Shown: piece by piece, positions 58,172 through 64,000 of the stretch
How positions within the stretch are numbered: position 1 is the first letter of the stretch
Layout: each line of letters opens with the position of its first letter
From: Rubripirellula sp.
Lineage (GTDB): Bacteria; Planctomycetota; Planctomycetia; Pirellulales; Pirellulaceae
Assembly: GCA_965216875.1 (NCBI GenBank)
Contig: OZ244207.1
Coordinates: 5,568,001 to 5,632,000 of the forward strand
Reading direction: 5' to 3'
Length of the DNA: 64,000 nt
Program-made: the position numbers and the translations under genes
The notes under the pieces: model-generated
Database searches by the model: none
The model's input: only the letters and a program-made list of their open reading frames with translations
Told to the model about the DNA's origin: nothing

Positions 58172-58686
58172 GGGTTTGTGGTTCCAGACACGCACCTCGA
58201 CATGGCCTTACGCTGGTCGAGCTAACCGTTGCGCTCGCGCTATCAGCGATGCTAATGGCTGGCATCGTCGGTTTGTTGCGCGGCTTGAATCAACAATCAG
58301 AGCTTGCTGAAGAATACGACACCGATGTTTGGCCTGCGCGATTTGTCTCTTTGATTCGAAGCGATTTGATGTCCGCCCAGTCGTTATGGGATGGAAGCGG
58401 CGTGATTTGGATGAGGCATGATGCGTCGGGCCAAGCACAGAGCCGGGTTGGGTATCGTTGCCGTACTTTGACTGAAGGGCTCAGCGTGCTGGAACGAATC
58501 GATGCAGACGCTGTGTCCGTTTTGGCGATCGGGCCCGCACGTGTTGACGTGGAGAGGCTTGATGCCCAGGGACTTCCACAGCCGATTCCGAACACGCCTG
58601 GACCAGTGCCAACCCAGGTTCGCATCTGGGTATGGGATGGCGAGAACACCGAGCCGGTTGTCCTTCGTGATCTGGTGTTGCGATGA
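58168..58686 (+). CDS. Minor pseudopilin, GspJ-like
   Basis: RHG|LTLVELTVALAL, IRSDL, C-terminal PTQVRIWV. Confidence 0.8.
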   Translation: MRVCGSRHAPRHGLTLVELTVALALSAMLMAGIVGLLRGLNQQSELAEEYDTDVWPARFVSLIRSDLMSAQSLWDGSGVIWMRHDASGQAQSRVGYRCRTLTEGLSVLERIDADAVSVLAIGPARVDVERLDAQGLPQPIPNTPGPVPTQVRIWVWDGENTEPVVLRDLVLR

Positions 58687-59531
58687 CGTCTATCGGCACA
58701 CGGACACAGCGCCGCGGGTTTGTCCTATTGATGGTTGTCGTAATGATCGCCATCGCAGCCATGATTTTGGCCCGACTCGCGAGCACTTCTCTGCGGGTTG
58801 CGTCGGTCGCTGTTGAAGAGGAACGCGAGATGCGAGAGCGTTGGGCAGTGGCCAGCCTGCGTCGGTATTCCTTTGAGACAGCGCCGAGGTTGTTTGCTGG
58901 TCTTTCAGATCAAGATGCCAACGACGGGACGCGAGCGGTCTTTTGGCAAGACGTGAGACTAGCTGGCGAGACCTGGAAGATCGTTGTGGCGGATGAGTCG
59001 GCAAAACTGAACCTCGCGAAGTTCCGAGGCCAGATCGGAAGTGACGATTGGTCGACCGATGTTGAACCGCTGCTCGAAACAAATTCGGTACGATTTAATT
59101 CGAGCATTGAGGCACCTCGATTGCGATGGGGCGACTGGCTCGAGGCGGCCGGTAGTTCCCGGTCGCCTTCGGCCGAGGCGGTCGCAACCGCAACGCAGCG
59201 CATCACGCTGTGGGGCGATGGTCGACTGAACGTCATGCAGTGTGATGATGAAACGCTTGGCATCGTTTGGAGACGACAGTTCGGCCATGCGCCACCGGCG
59301 GTGCTGCATCAGATGCGATCACAGCAACCGCCGCCGACAACACAACAAATGATGGCCGCATTGGATCTGCGGGATTCCCAGCGAGACAAGGCGAACAACT
59401 GGATCACGGCCGAAAGCCGTTGCTATTCGACTTGGGTATTTTGCAGAACGAGCCATCGAGTCCCCGCATCGCTCTTTGTAGAATGGGGGCAGTCGGGAGC
59501 TGCGAAGGAGCATCGCGGTTACCAATACTAA
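58683..59531 (+). CDS. gspK: Minor pseudopilin GspK-like
   Basis: RRG|FVLLMVV (no Glu5), DESAKLNL, ITLWGDGRLNV. Confidence 0.85.
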   Translation: MTSIGTRTQRRGFVLLMVVVMIAIAAMILARLASTSLRVASVAVEEEREMRERWAVASLRRYSFETAPRLFAGLSDQDANDGTRAVFWQDVRLAGETWKIVVADESAKLNLAKFRGQIGSDDWSTDVEPLLETNSVRFNSSIEAPRLRWGDWLEAAGSSRSPSAEAVATATQRITLWGDGRLNVMQCDDETLGIVWRRQFGHAPPAVLHQMRSQQPPPTTQQMMAALDLRDSQRDKANNWITAESRCYSTWVFCRTSHRVPASLFVEWGQSGAAKEHRGYQY

Positions 59532-59563
59532 GGCAGTGGTTCGGGCTTCGCTCGGGGTACAAA

Positions 59564-60091
59564 TTGAACGACAAGCATTCTCGTCTCGCTCTGGGAACCG
59601 CCAGTTTGATCTGCGCGTCTGGTGCTTCGGCTCTCATCTCAGCCGCAGTCCTCTTTCCACCTGCGATACCGGTTGTTGAACACAGCGCGGTGGATAGCCG
59701 ATTTATTCCTCAACCCACTTCCGTAGCCGGACGCGAAGAACTGACGGAAGAGGATTTTCAGTTTGTGTGGGGAAAGAAGCTGCAGCAGCCAAAAGAACAA
59801 CCCAAGCCAAGGCCTAACCGTCCCGCCAAAAAGGTCGAGCCTCCCAAACCACCGCCGAAGCCAGCAGTACGGTTAAACGTTTCAGTCACCGGGATCATCA
59901 AAACGGGCGACTACTCACGTGCATGGTTGTCCGTTGATCGGCGAACTGTAGCCGTTTCGCCTGGTGACGTAATCGAATCCCACCCGGGTTCGCCAACGGT
60001 GAAGGAGATCGGAGAACGAGAGGTCGACATCGAATTGGCCGGCGAGATGCATACCGTGTCACTCCCCGACTCCGAGATGATGGCCGAATGA
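59564..60091 (+). CDS. GspC/PilP-like protein
   Basis: TM, Pro/Lys linker, then LNVSVTGII..RAWL..VSPGDVI..VKEIGEREVDI (HR-domain-like); TTG start inferred. Confidence 0.65.
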   Translation: MNDKHSRLALGTASLICASGASALISAAVLFPPAIPVVEHSAVDSRFIPQPTSVAGREELTEEDFQFVWGKKLQQPKEQPKPRPNRPAKKVEPPKPPPKPAVRLNVSVTGIIKTGDYSRAWLSVDRRTVAVSPGDVIESHPGSPTVKEIGEREVDIELAGEMHTVSLPDSEMMAE

Positions 60092-61347
60092 TTGAATCGC
60101 TTCATTCAAATGAATTGGAACCAGTGGTCCCGGCGTTGTTCGTCGCTGATGGAAGCTGCGCTATTCATGGCGACGGCGATGACGAGAGCGTTGACGCAGG
60201 TTCGATTGTCGTTGGATTGACGAGTCAACAATGCGTCTGCGTCAGTGGAACGTCCAGCAACCGCAGGTCGAGTCGCAGTTTGCTTGTCTATGATCTTGAA
60301 GACGAATTGCCCATCGATGGCGATGCATTGGCGATTGCACAGATCGATACAGCGGAGGGTGCATTTGTCGTCGCATGCGACGGCGACGAACACTGGGAGG
60401 CGGTTGCGAATCTTGAAGACCGAGGCTACTACGTTCGCGCAATCACTCCGCTGGTCTTTCTCGCCCTTGGCACGCTCGCAAAATCGAGGTCGCTGAAATC
60501 GCTTAGCACGATTATTTGGCAGAGTGGCAACGGGATCGACATTGTGACACTCTCTCGTGGCAAGGTGATTGACTGGCGATGGATTGCGGCGGAGCAGCGG
60601 ACAGCTGCGGAGTATGCTGATTCCGTGGGGGAAAACGAAGGCGGCGTCTGCCTTGTAGACGTCGATGTCGAATTGAGTGAGGCCTTTGCGGGTCTCGGAG
60701 ACGTCGAGGTCGAGTCGATCCCGCTGCGTGCAGCGGCAGAGGAGGAAGCGGATCGGATCGCAAACGGGTTGGCGGTGCCAATGATCGATCTTCGAAACGG
60801 TCCGCTCGAGTCCTCACAACCGCTTCGTCCAATTGCCAGTTCTCTCCGATTGTTCATCGTTTGTTTCTTTGCATTGCAGGCTTGCGTTGTCGGTGCGATT
60901 GCGGCTCGAAGCTCCTATCTAAGGTCGCTCGCAAGTCAGCTTGTCGACAAACAAGAAGCAGCGTTTGAGACGACCTTTCCTGGTGAACGTGTGCCAGTCG
61001 GAATCATTTCGCGACTACAAAGCGAGCAGCGACGACTGGCCGGTACACGCGGCGTTTCAGGTCCGTCGATGCCGCAGCTTCGTTCTGCGATTCCGATTAG
61101 CCATAAGCTGCTCAGTTCGATGCCCGAACAGAATGATGCGACCTACTGGCTGAGTCGACTCGAGTTGCAACCCGATGCTATTGGTGTGATGGAAGGCGAA
61201 GCCGAGTCCTACGGTGATCTCGAGTTGATAGCCGAACGAATGCGTATCGCCGGCCTTGACGTTCCCCCGGTTTCGGCAACGCAAACCTCCAAGGGCGTTT
61301 CACTTCGCTTCGAGGAGATCGGTGTTGCGAGTGAGGCCGAACAATGA
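60088..61347 (+). CDS. GspL-like protein
   Basis: Cytoplasmic domain (YDLEDELP, IDLRNG), one TM, AFETTFPG; operon position. Confidence 0.75.
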   Translation: MIESLHSNELEPVVPALFVADGSCAIHGDGDDESVDAGSIVVGLTSQQCVCVSGTSSNRRSSRSLLVYDLEDELPIDGDALAIAQIDTAEGAFVVACDGDEHWEAVANLEDRGYYVRAITPLVFLALGTLAKSRSLKSLSTIIWQSGNGIDIVTLSRGKVIDWRWIAAEQRTAAEYADSVGENEGGVCLVDVDVELSEAFAGLGDVEVESIPLRAAAEEEADRIANGLAVPMIDLRNGPLESSQPLRPIASSLRLFIVCFFALQACVVGAIAARSSYLRSLASQLVDKQEAAFETTFPGERVPVGIISRLQSEQRRLAGTRGVSGPSMPQLRSAIPISHKLLSSMPEQNDATYWLSRLELQPDAIGVMEGEAESYGDLELIAERMRIAGLDVPPVSATQTSKGVSLRFEEIGVASEAEQ

Positions 61348-61886
61348 ACCAGTTCTCGAGATCAGCCTATTGGGTGTTGTTCACCCAGGCACTTCTGTTG
61401 GCGCTGATGATTTGGATGGGCCTGCGATTAAGTGACGCCCACGCTTCACTTAAGGACAGCGCCGACAATGAGAAACTCGCCGTGAAACTTGCAGCTGAGA
61501 TCGAGCAGTTGCGAGCAATGGATTCAGTCGCAAACGATGACGAAAACCAGGTGCGCATCGAAAACTCGCAGGTCGTTGAGCTAGCCAGGATGTGCGGTGT
61601 CACCGAACCTCAGATTGCTTCGATCCAGCGTTTGCCTTCCGAAGGGATCAAAAACACGGATTATCAACGGCACGACACATCCCTACAGTTCCGCGCCGTC
61701 ACCATGGAGCAATTGCTGCGAATGGGATTGATCATGGAGCGTGAACGGCCCTCGGCGAAGGTGACTGCGATCCATTTGACAAGCAACCGTCTGCCAAATG
61801 CCCAACACAAGGGCAATCAGGAGCTCTGGAATGTCGAGCTGATCTTGACGCAATTGGTCTACGTTGCGAGAAGTGCCATCAACTGA
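61344..61886 (+). CDS. GspM-like protein
   Basis: TM, coiled coil, ferredoxin-like end (AVTMEQLLR..VTAIHL..WNVELIL); follows GspL. Confidence 0.7.
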   Translation: MNQFSRSAYWVLFTQALLLALMIWMGLRLSDAHASLKDSADNEKLAVKLAAEIEQLRAMDSVANDDENQVRIENSQVVELARMCGVTEPQIASIQRLPSEGIKNTDYQRHDTSLQFRAVTMEQLLRMGLIMERERPSAKVTAIHLTSNRLPNAQHKGNQELWNVELILTQLVYVARSAIN

Positions 61887-61949
61887 CGTTAAGCTGGGAA
61901 GGATTCCAGCACTTTTGAGGGCACTTCATTCTGCGGCAGGACTACGCAG

Positions 61950-62846
61950 TTGGCAGGACGCGTTTTCGCTTCGAATCTATGGAAAACGGCTGCGGTTGCC
62001 GCTGCGCTGATGCTCGGTGGCTGCGGTTCCCTGATTCACCGTCATGACACGCACGCTGTGCCCTACACAACACAGCCACCACATGACTCCGTGGTGAATG
62101 AACAGGCGCGACTACTCAACAAACGTGGCCTTCATGCATTTGAGATTGGTAATCTTCTCAAGGCGGAGCAACTTTTCCGCGAGGCTCTCGAGGCCGACGT
62201 GAACTTTGGCCCAGCGCACAACAACCTTGGCCAAGTCTACCTGGCTCGGCACCAGCTCTATCTTGCAGCTTGGGAATTTGAGTACGCAGCCAATCTCATG
62301 CCCGAACTCGTCGAGCCGATCATTAACCAAGGGTTGGCATACGAAACAGGCGAACGGCTCGAACGAGCTGCGGAGATCTATCAAGACGCATACTCGCGAC
62401 TGCCCAGTCATCCGGTCGCGATAGCAAGCTTGGTTCGCTGCAAGGTCAAACTCGATGCGGATCCTTATGAGATTGCTTTCTTGCTGGACGAGCTGATCAT
62501 GCACGACGGGCGTCGTGAATGGGTCGAGTGGGCAAAGGAGTTGCGAGCAACCAAATACCGTAACGATTGCTTGGAATGCGGCGAGCACCAGTCGCATCAG
62601 CAGTTCGACGACCAGTCATCGGATCGTCAACCAAGCTTAGGGCGAGATGAGTTCGATCGTGAATCGGATTCACTCAGACGCGAGTTGTTGCCGATGACCG
62701 AGCCAGTGCCCGGCCGGCCAGATGACGAGTCAACAGAGAGTACGAAGCCGAGCGTGCTTCTGCCTGGGGATGGAACTGCAGACCGGTCGCTCGGGTTCGA
62801 GCTGCCACCGATCCCAAATGATGTAACCCAAGGGCCACGCGAATGA
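61950..62846 (+). CDS. TPR lipoprotein, PilF/PilW-like candidate pilotin
   Basis: LGGC lipobox; TPRs (AEQLFREALEAD..AHNNLG); directly before the secretin. Confidence 0.75.
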   Translation: MAGRVFASNLWKTAAVAAALMLGGCGSLIHRHDTHAVPYTTQPPHDSVVNEQARLLNKRGLHAFEIGNLLKAEQLFREALEADVNFGPAHNNLGQVYLARHQLYLAAWEFEYAANLMPELVEPIINQGLAYETGERLERAAEIYQDAYSRLPSHPVAIASLVRCKVKLDADPYEIAFLLDELIMHDGRREWVEWAKELRATKYRNDCLECGEHQSHQQFDDQSSDRQPSLGRDEFDRESDSLRRELLPMTEPVPGRPDDESTESTKPSVLLPGDGTADRSLGFELPPIPNDVTQGPRE

Positions 62847-64000
62847 CCAGAAACAAAATGATCGCGCTGAGATTCGCGGTGTGCCTTGCCTCCATGTTGG
62901 CTGTTGCATTCGGTGGAAGGCTAGCCGCTCAGCCAGTGCCGCCGCAAAAGACAATGCTGCTGCAAGGTGAAGTACCGCTCTCGGGCTTCATCGACTTCAT
63001 GTCAAAACAGCTTGGTGTGCGTATTCTGTATGACGAATCCTTAAGTAAGAAGAACGTCAACCTGATCGCCCCCGATCCAATCCCTGCCGAAAGCCTTCCC
63101 GAGGTTCTGCAGACGGTGTTGATCAATGAGGGGTTGGTGATCACCGACACGGATCGCCAAGGATTCAAGCGGATCACAACTAATGCTCAGATACCGATCG
63201 TGGCTCGTCCGAGCAATGCGTCCGAGGACTTGACCAAAGTTGACGCCGCGGTGCCCCTCACACGCGTGTTTGTGTTGGGCGAAAGTCAGCCGACGAAACT
63301 CGCCGAGCTGATCAAACCTTTTCTTACGGGAACAGGTGCAACGGCGATTCCGCTCGATCGCAGCGGATTGTTGGTTGTGACCGATGTGGCAAGGAACATT
63401 CGCCGCGCCGAACAACTCATACGCGTGCTTGATGGTGAATCGACTCAGGTCGAAATCGAGTTCGTCCCTGCCAGAAATGTTGCGGTCAACGACTTGGCGG
63501 ACCAACTTCGCGAATTGTTGTTGGCAAGAAAGAAGGCGATGGGCACGGGCGAGGACGCTGCGGGTGGACTTGAGGTATCAATCGACGCGCGAACCAACAG
63601 CCTGATTTTAATTGGGACGACGTTCGAAATCACACAGGCACAGCGTCTGCTAAGTCAGCTCGACAAATCGCTCGACACACAACAACGTGCCTTTACCCTT
63701 CGTTTTTTCTCTGCAGAAAAGCTTGATTCGATCGTTCGAGACATTGTCGACGGCCAGCCACTGAAACCTCCGTACCAATCGCGCGTCGAAGGAAACGTGT
63801 TGATCGTCAGTTCGACACCGGAAGTGCTGCAGTTGGTCGACCGAACTCAGAGGCAACTCGATACGCGAGAAGCACCCGAAGGCCAGAGTCCGGTTCGCTT
63901 CTACAAGATCAAGAACGTTCCTGCCCAGGAACTCGTCGAGACGATTCGAGGCATTGGCGGCCGAGTCACCGCGACACCGCAACGACAAACACTTCCGCCA
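62843..64000 (+). CDS. gspD: Type II secretion secretin, N-terminal part (runs off the window)
   Basis: Not in the ORF track. ATG 62843: signal peptide, N0 domain (LSGFIDFMSKQLGVRILYD), KH-like N domains (LAELIKPFL, IDARTNSLILIG..LLSQLD, VRFYKIKNVPAQELVETI). Confidence 0.88.
   Translation, partial: MTRNKMIALRFAVCLASMLAVAFGGRLAAQPVPPQKTMLLQGEVPLSGFIDFMSKQLGVRILYDESLSKKNVNLIAPDPIPAESLPEVLQTVLINEGLVITDTDRQGFKRITTNAQIPIVARPSNASEDLTKVDAAVPLTRVFVLGESQPTKLAELIKPFLTGTGATAIPLDRSGLLVVTDVARNIRRAEQLIRVLDGESTQVEIEFVPARNVAVNDLADQLRELLLARKKAMGTGEDAAGGLEVSIDARTNSLILIGTTFEITQAQRLLSQLDKSLDTQQRAFTLRFFSAEKLDSIVRDIVDGQPLKPPYQSRVEGNVLIVSSTPEVLQLVDRTQRQLDTREAPEGQSPVRFYKIKNVPAQELVETIRGIGGRVTATPQRQTLPP

Larger units (their letters stand above)
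31930..64000. mobile_element. Putative genomic island inserted in comM (left junction near 31930; other end outside window)
   Basis: Begins at the comM break; switch to orphan genes, pseudogenes, DUF4145, Rhs and T2SS. No integrase seen in the window, so the extent is inferred. Confidence 0.7.

Noticed and set aside
42451..64000. Type IV pilus rather than T2SS
   Set aside because: GspG signature (DPWG, GADxxxGG), a GspK-like gene and multi-N-domain secretin are present; no PilT or PilM seen.
1..64000. tRNA, rRNA or prophage structural genes
   Set aside because: None recognised by eye; a tRNAscan/Infernal run would be needed to exclude them formally.

Overview
Bacterial DNA whose gene content and style point to a Planctomycete, probably Pirellulaceae-like (inferred from fae, FGE-domain paralogues, NPY-motif small proteins and GTAG-type REPs). 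The window has two parts. Bases 1-31.5 kb are ordinary chromosome: ABC-F ATPase, sucA, purQ, peptidases, FGE-domain proteins, an acetylesterase-sialidase fusion, a di-heme peroxidase, agarase-like hydrolases and fae, interspersed with several REP families. At about 31.93 kb the comM/YifB gene is cut at its conserved S-G-P-L-x-D-R-I-D segment, and everything to the right looks like a genomic island (>32 kb, far end outside the window). The island holds (i) a cassette-like region of orphan genes, decayed genes and six similar two-hairpin RNA-like units, (ii) an SdpA-like / HTTM (SdpB/gamma-carboxylase-like) / secreted Glu-rich peptide three-gene unit, and (iii) a type II secretion system (gspGFE divergent from gspHIJK-C-LM-pilotin-D). 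The T2SS genes enclose an ArnT/PMT-type membrane glycosyltransferase, a membrane-anchored Ig-like protein, a Sec-signal Rhs protein with an unrecognised Cys-rich C-terminal domain, and a candidate immunity gene. All family calls come from motifs read by eye; no database searches were run.
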